Assembly (NCBI GenBank): GCA_016938835.1
Contig: JAFGTW010000019.1
Location: 1 to 62,811 of the forward strand
Source of the DNA: Patescibacteria group bacterium
GTDB taxonomy: Bacteria; Patescibacteriota; Patescibacteriia; Patescibacteriales; UBA12465
Reading direction: 5' to 3'
DNA: 62,811 bases
Part shown: in pieces, positions 20,457 through 29,300 of the stretch
Numbering within the stretch: position 1 is the stretch's first letter
Layout of the letters: each line of letters starts with the position of its first letter
The notes under the pieces: model-generated
Told to the model about the DNA's origin: nothing
Databases searched by the model: none
The model's input: only the letters and a program-made list of their open reading frames with translations
Position numbers and translations under genes: made by a program

Positions 20457-21815
20457 ATGCCTAAACAAAAAATGAATACAAGAAATAACTCTGCTACCAA
20501 AAAACCGGCAGAAAGAAAAAGCCTCAAAGCGATAGATCGTTTAATGGGTATGAAAGATATCCTTCCGGCTGAATTTAGATATTTAAATAATGTGATGGAT
20601 AAGGCTGCTTCTTTGGCTGAACTTTATAGTTTTAATGCTATTAAGACCCCAGTAATTGAAAATATAGATTTATTTAAGCAGTCAATGCGTAATAGTAGTG
20701 ATAAAGAAATTTACGGAGTGGACTGTGATAAAGGAGAAAGAGCTGTGTTGCGACCGGAGTTAACTCAAGGAATTTTACGTGCTTATATTGAAAACAATTT
20801 TGTTGAATTGCCTCAGCCAGTTCGCCTGTATGCTGTCGGCCCAATTTTCAGACGTGAAAAGATGCAAAATGGTCGTTTTCGTGAATCCAATCAATTTAAT
20901 ATGGAAGTGATTGGTGAAAATAAACCGATGGCAGAAGCTTTATTAATCGCCGCCGCTTATAATTTCTTTCTTGATTTAGAAGCAAATTTTCAAATACAAA
21001 TCAACAGTTTGGGTAAAGCGGATTGCCGTAAAGAATATAACACTAAATTATCCGCTTTTTATAAAGAGCGTGGTCGTCGTACAAGGTTGTGTAATAATTG
21101 CAAGAAAGCTTTGCTTAAAAATCCCATGGCTTTACTTGACTGTAAAGAAGATGCTTGTCAGCAATTATTAGCTGAAGCTCCACAGATTGCAGATTGCTTA
21201 TCTGATGAAAGCCGTGAGCATTTTGCCAAAGTTTTAGAATATTTAGATGAGTTAAATATTCCTTATAATTTTAATCCTTATTTGGTTCGTGGTTTAAATT
21301 ATTATAATGACACTGTTTTTGAATTCTGGCCGATTAATGATGAAGGGGTTATGCAAAGTAAATTGGCTTTAGCTGGTGGTGGTCGTTATGATAATTTAGT
21401 GGAGAGTTTAGGCGGGAAACCAACACCTTCAGTCGGAATTGCTATTGGTCTAGAACGAACCGTATCTAAGATTAAAGATAAATTAGTTTTACCAAACTTA
21501 AAAGAAGAGGTTGTATTTTTGGCTCAATTAGGCGATCAAGCTAAGATAAAGTCTTTGATTTTATTTGAGGAATTACGTCGAGCTGGCTTTAATGTGAGAC
21601 AATCATTTTCTACCGATAGTTTAAAAAATCAAATGGAAGAAGCTGGACGTTTAGGTGCAAAAATAAGTTTAATTTTGGGTAAGAAGGAAGTAATGGATGA
21701 AACTATATTATTGCGAGATATGGAATCAGGAGTTCAGGAAACGGTTGCTTTTAAGAAAGTTAAGGACAAGTTAGCAAAAAAAGTAAATAGAAAGGAGGGT
21801 GTAATTTATGGCTGA
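20457..21815 (+). CDS. hisS: Histidine--tRNA ligase
   Basis: Class II motifs (LRPELT, FRRE), LCNNC..NPMALLDCK segment, GGGRYDNL, anticodon-binding C-terminus. The TGA stop overlaps the rpsU ATG. Confidence 0.95.
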   Translation: MPKQKMNTRNNSATKKPAERKSLKAIDRLMGMKDILPAEFRYLNNVMDKAASLAELYSFNAIKTPVIENIDLFKQSMRNSSDKEIYGVDCDKGERAVLRPELTQGILRAYIENNFVELPQPVRLYAVGPIFRREKMQNGRFRESNQFNMEVIGENKPMAEALLIAAAYNFFLDLEANFQIQINSLGKADCRKEYNTKLSAFYKERGRRTRLCNNCKKALLKNPMALLDCKEDACQQLLAEAPQIADCLSDESREHFAKVLEYLDELNIPYNFNPYLVRGLNYYNDTVFEFWPINDEGVMQSKLALAGGGRYDNLVESLGGKPTPSVGIAIGLERTVSKIKDKLVLPNLKEEVVFLAQLGDQAKIKSLILFEELRRAGFNVRQSFSTDSLKNQMEEAGRLGAKISLILGKKEVMDETILLRDMESGVQETVAFKKVKDKLAKKVNRKEGVIYG

Positions 21816-22038
21816 TTTTAATCGTAAACCTGGTGAAAGTTTTGAAAGTTTCTTGCGTAAATTTAAGAAGGGCTTAAAGAATAGTAAACGGCTTGAGAAG
21901 GCTCGTTCCACAAAACATTTAGCGCCCAAAAAGACCAAGCGTCAACAAAAAAACTATGCTTTAACTAGCTTAGTGATGCGACGCAAAAAAGAATTACTTC
22001 GCAAAACCGGTAAACTAGAAGAAACACAGAATCGTTAA
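21808..22038 (+). CDS. rpsU: 30S ribosomal protein S21
   Basis: 76 aa and very basic. ESFESFLRKFKK resembles the S21 ALRRFKR core. 8-nt overlap with hisS. Confidence 0.75.
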   Translation: MADFNRKPGESFESFLRKFKKGLKNSKRLEKARSTKHLAPKKTKRQQKNYALTSLVMRRKKELLRKTGKLEETQNR

Positions 22039-22066
22039 TTTTTAGTTGATATTTAAAATGTTTTTT

Positions 22067-22101
22067 AAAACCCCGTAGCCAATTGGCTCTACGGGGTTTT
22101 T
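22067..22101. terminator. Bidirectional rho-independent terminator
   Basis: AAAA-ccccgtagcc-aatt-ggctctacgggg-TTTTT between convergent rpsU and rel. The rel stop codon lies inside the stem. Confidence 0.85.
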
Positions 22102-23558
22102 GATTTAATGCCCGGTATAAAACGTTTAATGTTTTCAAGCGGGCTTTTGCGAGCAAACTGCTTAATGCGGTCACGTGCACGTTTTGTTTTAACAAATTTT
22201 AACCAGTCGCGATTAGGATATAAGCGTCCTTTGTCAGTAATTATTTCTACTAGATCGCCATTTTTTAATTCCTGGTCAAGTTTAGCTAGACGGTCATTAA
22301 TAATGGCCCCGGTGGCCTGGTTGCCAATATTAGTGTGAATTGCATAAGCAAAATCAATTGGAGTGGAATGTTCAGTTAATTCAAAGGCGTCACCTTTTGG
22401 TGAAAACACAAAAATACGATCATTAAAAATATTTAATTTAATGTTTTTAATTAATTCATTGGTGTCTAAAACTTCCTTTTGGATATCAATAATTTCTTTA
22501 ACCCAGAGAGGCTGTTGCTCGCTTTGATTCTTTGATTTGTAATACCAATGAGCAGCTAGACCGTATAGAGATTCGTCATTCATCTCTTGAGTTCTAATTT
22601 GAAATTCTACTGCCTTGCTTTCTGGTCCAAAGATAGTGGTATGAAGTGAGCGGTAGCCATTTGGTTTAGGGACAGCAATATAGTCTTTAAAGCGATTTGG
22701 CTTTGGCTTCCAAAGGGTATGAATTATACCTAAGACTTTATAACAGCTATTAACATCTGGAACAATTATTCTTAAGGCAAATACATCATAAATTTCATCA
22801 AACCTACGATCTTTTCTTTGCATTTTTTGAAAAATGCTATATAGGTGCTTAAATCTTACTTCAATATCATATTTTAAATCCAATTCTTTTAATCGCGGAA
22901 TAAGCTCTATTTTGATTTTTTGAAAATATTGGTTCCTTTCTGCCTTTTTTTCTATTTCATATTCTTGTTCAAGTTCTTGAAATTTTTCTGGATAAAGATA
23001 TTTAAAACAAAGATCTTCTAATTGCCATTTTAAGCGCCAGATTCCAAGCATACCAGCAATAGGAGCATATATCTCTAAAGTTTCTTGAGCAATCCTTTTT
23101 TGCTTAGCGATTGGGAGCCCTTCAAGAGTGCGCAGATTGTGTAGGCGATCACAAAATTTAATGAAAATAACACGAATATCCGTGGTCATAGCTAAAAACA
23201 TTTTCTTTAAATTTTCTCGATAGCGCTCAATGCCTCTATATTTGATTTTACCCAATTTAGTAATACCGTCTACTAAATTAGCTATCTCATCACCGAAATT
23301 CTTTTGTACATCTTCAAAAGTTCGGTCAGTATCTTCAGGTACATCATGAATTAGTCCGGCTACAATAGTTGGTAGGTCAGCTTTTATTTCAGCTAATAAA
23401 AAAGCCGTATGCAGTGGGTGCTGAATGTAGGGTTCTCCGGTTTTACGTAGCTGGCCAGCATGAGCTTCATTAGCAAAATCATAAGCCAAATAAAGCATAG
23501 TGACGTCTTCGTCTGGATGACTTTCTTGAAATTTTTTTACTATACGATCTATGGTCAT
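22089..23558 (-). CDS. rel: Bifunctional (p)ppGpp synthetase/hydrolase, short Rel/SpoT homolog (HD + synthetase + TGS, no ACT region)
   Basis: HD hydrolase motifs (HPLHTA, IHDVPEDT), the RelA_SpoT core (RIIV, YRSLHTT) and a TGS-like C-terminus (VFSPKGD..LVEI). Confidence 0.92.
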   Translation of the reverse strand: MTIDRIVKKFQESHPDEDVTMLYLAYDFANEAHAGQLRKTGEPYIQHPLHTAFLLAEIKADLPTIVAGLIHDVPEDTDRTFEDVQKNFGDEIANLVDGITKLGKIKYRGIERYRENLKKMFLAMTTDIRVIFIKFCDRLHNLRTLEGLPIAKQKRIAQETLEIYAPIAGMLGIWRLKWQLEDLCFKYLYPEKFQELEQEYEIEKKAERNQYFQKIKIELIPRLKELDLKYDIEVRFKHLYSIFQKMQRKDRRFDEIYDVFALRIIVPDVNSCYKVLGIIHTLWKPKPNRFKDYIAVPKPNGYRSLHTTIFGPESKAVEFQIRTQEMNDESLYGLAAHWYYKSKNQSEQQPLWVKEIIDIQKEVLDTNELIKNIKLNIFNDRIFVFSPKGDAFELTEHSTPIDFAYAIHTNIGNQATGAIINDRLAKLDQELKNGDLVEIITDKGRLYPNRDWLKFVKTKRARDRIKQFARKSPLENIKRFIPGIKSKTP

Positions 23559-23583
23559 TTTGTTTTTATGTTTTAGCTCTTTA

Positions 23584-23592
23584 TGCTATAAT
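23584..23592 (+). promoter_or_regulatory. Extended -10 promoter element TGCTATAAT
   Basis: TGcTATAAT lies 58 nt upstream of the ATG at 23650. The same 9-mer recurs at 41282 and 48038. Confidence 0.4.
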
Positions 23593-23649
23593 AATTATAA
23601 CTGCTTAGCTTTTAAATTATACCATGCTTTGCGGTTCAATTAAAATAAA

Positions 23650-26331
23650 ATGAGTCGAAAATTATTATTTTTTTTAACGCCCCTTGTTGTTATAATAGGA
23701 CTTGGTCTGGCTACTTTTGCTTTGGCCCAAAACATTGATATTGGTACTAATGAAATTAGTAACGCAATTAGTTTAAGTGCAACTGACCCACGCATTATTA
23801 TTGCTAGAATAATTAATATTATTTTATTATTTTTAGGTGTAATTGCAGTTAGTCTGATAATTTATGCGGGTTTTATTTGGACAACAAGCGCTGGTAATGA
23901 TGAAAAAGTAGAAGAGGCTAAAAAAATATTAAAAAATGCAATTATTGGTTTAGTTATTATTTTATCTTCTTGGGGGATTGCGACTTTTGTATTAAATCGC
24001 TTAATAGGATCTACTGGCTCGGCTTCAATTTGGAATGCAAGCTCAAATAATATGCCATCATTAGTGGGAACTGGGGCCATCGGTGCCTGTACTATTGAAA
24101 GAGTATATCCTGAGAATAATCAAAGCAATGTTGCACGCAATACTTCAATTATTATTAGCTTTAAAGAGCCTTTACGTTTAGATAGTGTTTGTCAGGACTC
24201 AAATGCCAATAGCTGTGTTTGTGATGAAGCGAATTGCAAATATATTAATCCTGATGCTATTAGAATTTTTCGGGAAGATTTAGGCGATAGTTGTGATCTT
24301 GATGCCTGTCCGGGAGATAGTACCAATGTTAATCAGGCAATTATTAAGGCTTCTAGTGATCGTCGTACCTTTATTATTTCTCCCGAGAATTTATTAGGAG
24401 TACCAGAAGGTAATACAGATTATCAGGTTAAATTAACTAATGCTTTACTGAAAGATAATAATGACTCAGTTTTTAAAACTTGTAATAGTGACTATTTTCA
24501 GTGGGGCTTTGAGGTTAGCAATAATTTAGACTTAACGCCACCTCAGGTTATACGTGGCGGTATTTTCCCTTTGCCAGATAATGAGAAAGATATTATTGAA
24601 CAGTCAAGCGCAGCAGTCGCGGCTTCAGCCTTAATTCAGGTGAATGATTGTCCTAATATTTATAAAGAAGCTAGTATTATTAGCGTTACTCCAATGGTAG
24701 GAGGGCAATCTGCTTCGGCTGTAGTTGATGATAATTATCATGCCAGTCTTAATTCTTTCACGGTCGTTTCTTTAAGTGATAATAGTCAAGCACAATTATT
24801 TTCTGGACAAAATCTGTTAAGCGTGGGCGACTGGGAGGACAATCAAGTTAGTTTTACTGGATTTATAACTCTTGAAGTTAGCGCTCATGAGGCAGGCAAT
24901 TCTTGGTCAATCGCTGTTAGTCCGGAAATATTAGCAGATCAAATTACAGTGGGCGGTCAAATATATAGTTTTGCTATTAATGATATTGGTAATAATATTT
25001 CAGTTGATACTCTTAATGATACTTGTAGTCTTGAGGCTGTTGCTTCTTCCATTTATTTTAAATTAAGTGGCAATCCTTACATTAATGTTGATATTTCAGG
25101 AAGTAAAGTTATATTAGAGGCTAAAGTCGCCGGGACTGATGGAAATAATATTTTATTGACTAGTAGTAATCCTGTGGCTTTCAGTTTAAAACCTTTTAGC
25201 GGTGGGGTTAATTTAAAAAAAATTAATGAAACCAATGATCGTCAAGATCGTCCAATGAATTCGGTGATTCAGATTAATTTTAATGAAGCGATGAATCCTC
25301 TATTAGTTTCTGGTACGTCTGATGAAGTCAATGCGTATATTCGTGTTATTAATGCTGAAAATGCTGCCTTAGCTGAAGCTTCTTGCGCTCAGGATAGTGA
25401 TTGTCAATCGTATCAATGTGAAAACAGTGTTTGTATCGGTGACTATTTATCCGGCAAGTTTATGGTGTCTAATGCTTATAAAACAGTTGAGTTTATTTCT
25501 AATGAAGAATGTGGACAAAATGCTTGCGGGGAAACAATTTATTGTTTGCCGGCCAACAGTCATCTCGCAGTTGAGCTTGTATCTTCAAATTTAAAAACTT
25601 GTAATAGTGATGAGGATTGTGCTGATTTTACTCCTTTTTCTACTTGTGCTTCCTTTGCTGATTATAAGACATGTCAGGACACGAACAATAAAAATTACCC
25701 AGTTGCCGACGTGGCTAAATTAGATGGTATTATTGATGCTGCTTTAAATTCTATGGATGGTAATCGCGATGTTTTTGCTGATGGACCTTTGGCTTTTTAT
25801 AATGAAAATAACAATGAGGACTTAAATTTAAAAGATAAATATAAATGGTCTTTCTATATTAATGATCAAATCATGCTTGATCCTCCCTATATTACTTATA
25901 TTAATCCAGATAATAATAGCTTAGGGGTTGATATAAATATGCCGATACAGATAAATTTTAATACTTTAATGATGAATGATAGTTTGCGCACAGGTACAGA
26001 GCTTATTGATAATGGACAAACAATTATTGAACATCATTTATTAAATATTTTTAGTAGCATTCCAAGCCCTATTGGTTATTGGGTAACCGTCGAAAATCGT
26101 GATGTTTCTCCTTTGGATGGTGAACCTGATACTACTTATGCTTTTATTAGGCATAATGGTATGTCTCCATCAGCTAGTTACAAGAGTCAGGTTGGTTCTG
26201 GTGTTAAAGATATTTATCAGAATTGTTTTAAGCCTAGTGTTGGGCCTAATTGTATTGCCAACGACAGTAATCCTTCTTGTTGTTATGGATCAAATACAAA
26301 TTTATTAGGCAGTGATGGTAACTGTCAATAA
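23650..26331 (+). CDS. Large surface protein: VirB2/TrbC-like pilin hairpin fused to an Ig-like, Cys-rich ectodomain
   Basis: 893 aa. Signal peptide (..ATFALA|QN), two TM helices around the charged loop TSAGNDEKVEEAKKILKN, then three SbsA/Big_5-like segments (e.g. RNTSIIISFKEPL, NSVIQINFNEAMNP, MPIQINFNTLMMND) and Cys clusters. Confidence 0.85.
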   Translation: MSRKLLFFLTPLVVIIGLGLATFALAQNIDIGTNEISNAISLSATDPRIIIARIINIILLFLGVIAVSLIIYAGFIWTTSAGNDEKVEEAKKILKNAIIGLVIILSSWGIATFVLNRLIGSTGSASIWNASSNNMPSLVGTGAIGACTIERVYPENNQSNVARNTSIIISFKEPLRLDSVCQDSNANSCVCDEANCKYINPDAIRIFREDLGDSCDLDACPGDSTNVNQAIIKASSDRRTFIISPENLLGVPEGNTDYQVKLTNALLKDNNDSVFKTCNSDYFQWGFEVSNNLDLTPPQVIRGGIFPLPDNEKDIIEQSSAAVAASALIQVNDCPNIYKEASIISVTPMVGGQSASAVVDDNYHASLNSFTVVSLSDNSQAQLFSGQNLLSVGDWEDNQVSFTGFITLEVSAHEAGNSWSIAVSPEILADQITVGGQIYSFAINDIGNNISVDTLNDTCSLEAVASSIYFKLSGNPYINVDISGSKVILEAKVAGTDGNNILLTSSNPVAFSLKPFSGGVNLKKINETNDRQDRPMNSVIQINFNEAMNPLLVSGTSDEVNAYIRVINAENAALAEASCAQDSDCQSYQCENSVCIGDYLSGKFMVSNAYKTVEFISNEECGQNACGETIYCLPANSHLAVELVSSNLKTCNSDEDCADFTPFSTCASFADYKTCQDTNNKNYPVADVAKLDGIIDAALNSMDGNRDVFADGPLAFYNENNNEDLNLKDKYKWSFYINDQIMLDPPYITYINPDNNSLGVDINMPIQINFNTLMMNDSLRTGTELIDNGQTIIEHHLLNIFSSIPSPIGYWVTVENRDVSPLDGEPDTTYAFIRHNGMSPSASYKSQVGSGVKDIYQNCFKPSVGPNCIANDSNPSCCYGSNTNLLGSDGNCQ

Positions 26332-26393
26332 ATAATATAATATATAGAAAATTTAAAGTTATTAATTTAATCTAAAAATTTATTTTTAAATCT

Positions 26394-29300
26394 GTGTTGA
26401 AAAATAACAAGAATATTTTTAAATTTTTAGTGTTTACGCTTGTTTTGAGCTCAATAGTTGGTTTTGTTCAATTAGCTTCAGCTCAAATAAACGTTGGCAC
26501 TAATGAGATTGATAATAATATTAGTCTTAGTGCAAATGATCCACGAACAGTCGCTGCTCGTGTTATTAATATTGCTATGCTTTTCCTAGGCATTTTAGCG
26601 GTAGGAGTTATTGTTTGGGGTGGTTTTATTTGGATGACTTCAAATGGCGATGAGGAAAAAGTGGCACAAGCTAAAAAAATTCTTAAAAATGGTGTTATTG
26701 GTTTAGTTATTATTTTATCTTCTTGGGGTATTGCTACTTTCATTTTAAATCGTTTAATTAATTCAACTGGAAATAGTTCTAGCTCTTTTTCTTGTACTGA
26801 TAATCAGTCTTTAGCTTGTGGTTGTGGCGGCTCAATGACTTGTATTGGTGGTTCATGGGGGTCCTGTTTAGGTTCTAATTGTAGCAGCAGCAGTGGTCAA
26901 ACTAGTTGTGACAGCAGTCCTCTAAATGGTTGTCAGGCTAGTGATCAAATTTGTGCTGATAGCAGCTATTGTGATGCTGATACTTGTTCTTGCTTGCCTA
27001 AAGGCGAATTAGGTGATTCTTGTGATTTAAGTCCCGAGACAGCTACTTGTGAGATTAATAATAATTTTTGTTCTGAATATTTAACATGCAGTCCCGATTC
27101 TTGTACCTGTGAAGGCTCTCCGGTTATTACGGCTATTAGTCCGGCGGGAGGTTTTTGTGAAGAAGATATTAATAAAAGTTGTAATGGCGATGAGGAGTGT
27201 ATATTAAGTTGCAATTTAACAGACCCAAATGGGTCCGCGGGCAATATTGTTACTATTAGTGGGAGTAATTTTGGTTCTTATGATCCTTTAGTTAGTAAGG
27301 TTATTTTTGATGGCGACGCTGTGGGCATCATGCCCAGCGAGATTAATCCGGAATGTATTAATTCGTGGACAAATCATCAAATTATTGTAGCTTTGCCAGT
27401 TGATGTTCAAACGGGTCCAGTTACCGTCATTAGTGCTGATAATAAATCAGATGTTAGTAACGATAATTATGGTCCAGAGTTACCTGATTTTATTGTTAAT
27501 AATATTGCCCGACCGGGACTTTGTTTAGTGACTCCAGACGCTGGTCTTTTAAGTCAACAAGTTAATTATCAAGGTATCAATCTTTATGCTGGTGAAGCTT
27601 TCTTTGGCAGTTATAGTAAAAATGTAGCCGGACTTGATTCAGTTTTCACAAATCCGGCTGGCGTTGCTGGCACTAGCATTGTGCCAAATTTAAATGAAGG
27701 GAAAATGAGTAGTTTTGTGATGGCTTCTATTTCAGGTAATCAAGAAAAAAGTAATTATGTCACGTTTGTTAAAGAGCGAGAACCAAATACTGGACCTTAT
27801 ATTAGTTATTTTGAACCAGTAATTGGTCGAGCAGGGCAATATATTACTATTCATGGTGGTGGATTTGGCGGTGCTCAGGGTTACTCCAAGGTATTTTTTG
27901 GTGACGTTGAGGCCGATTATGATTTCCCGGCTGTTTGTGCAAATTCAGTTTGGCGTGATAAGCAAATTATTGTTAAAGTTCCAGCTGATGTGTCTGATGG
28001 CTCTTTTGAAATTAGAATTGAACTTAATGGTGAACAAATAAATTCACAAAATGCTAATCCCAATGTATTTACAGTTGATACTAATGAATCTTTAAAGACA
28101 AGTATTTGTAAAATTTCTCCTTCTCGGGGACAGATTGGCACTATTGTGAGTATTTGGGGTGAATATTTTGGTAAGAATAATGATAATGCTCTTGTTAGTT
28201 TTACTTATAATAAGACAACTAGTGCAATGATTAATAGTGATGACAATGATCAGCTGGCACAGTTACTTGAACCAAGTGTTCCTGATAATGCTACAACTGG
28301 TTCTCTCAAGGTTATTAAAAATAACGAATGGGGCAATGATGTTAATTTTGAAGTAGGTGTTTGCGTTGAAGATAGTGATTGTGGTGATGAAGTTTGTTGC
28401 CCTGTTAATACCTATAAACAGGGAGTTTGTGCGCCAACGCTGGCTTCCTGTTATGTTGATGTACCGACCTCAGTGTTTGAATGGGGGTTTTCTACTGGTT
28501 ATGGCGGTGGTGAAAATAATGTTGTTTATGATAGTTGTCAAGAAATGGCAAAGACATTAGGTGCTTGTCAAATTGGTTCATTTTGTCCTAATTCTCCCGG
28601 TCTATGTTCTCCGTATGCTGGAGGCGCTTTGAATTTAGGTTCATGTGATTCAACTTGTACTAGCGTTAATGCTTGTATAGGACAGACTTCGGGTTGTAGC
28701 TTTAATGGTGATATTGATACCTGCGTTTTAAATAATGCTATTTGCTCTCCAGATACTTCCTTTACTTATAATTTAAATAATTTAGAAATTAATACAAAGA
28801 AGGTTTGTAAATCTTTTTCCCAATTTGGTAATCAAAATCACTTTGAAATAAAAACTTCATCTTCATGTCCTCAAGATTGGACGCGATTAGATGGCGGTCG
28901 TTGTGTTGATAGTATCAGCTCAACTGAGTCTAGCTGTTCTATCTGTGTAACTGGTTTTACATGTTATGCAGAAGAAAATAGTGAGACTGGTGTTTGTATA
29001 AGTCCCGAGCTTTGTAAAGGTGCAGCTGAATGTCAGGGACAAACTTGTGTATCTCAAGAAGATGCTCATTGTGACTGTTGTTGTGAAATTGGAGAAGATG
29101 TTCGTGATTGTTGTGCTCCTTTAACTTGTAGTGGAACTTGTGGCAGTGATACTAGTAATGACGGAGTTGGCTTTGGCCAATGTTCCGGTTGCAGTATTAT
29201 TGATAATGGAATTGTTAATCAAGATTTATCCGATCAGGCTTGTAATTGTAGTACTAGTTCTGGTAAATATTGTGACACCACTATCCCTACTGGTACTTGT

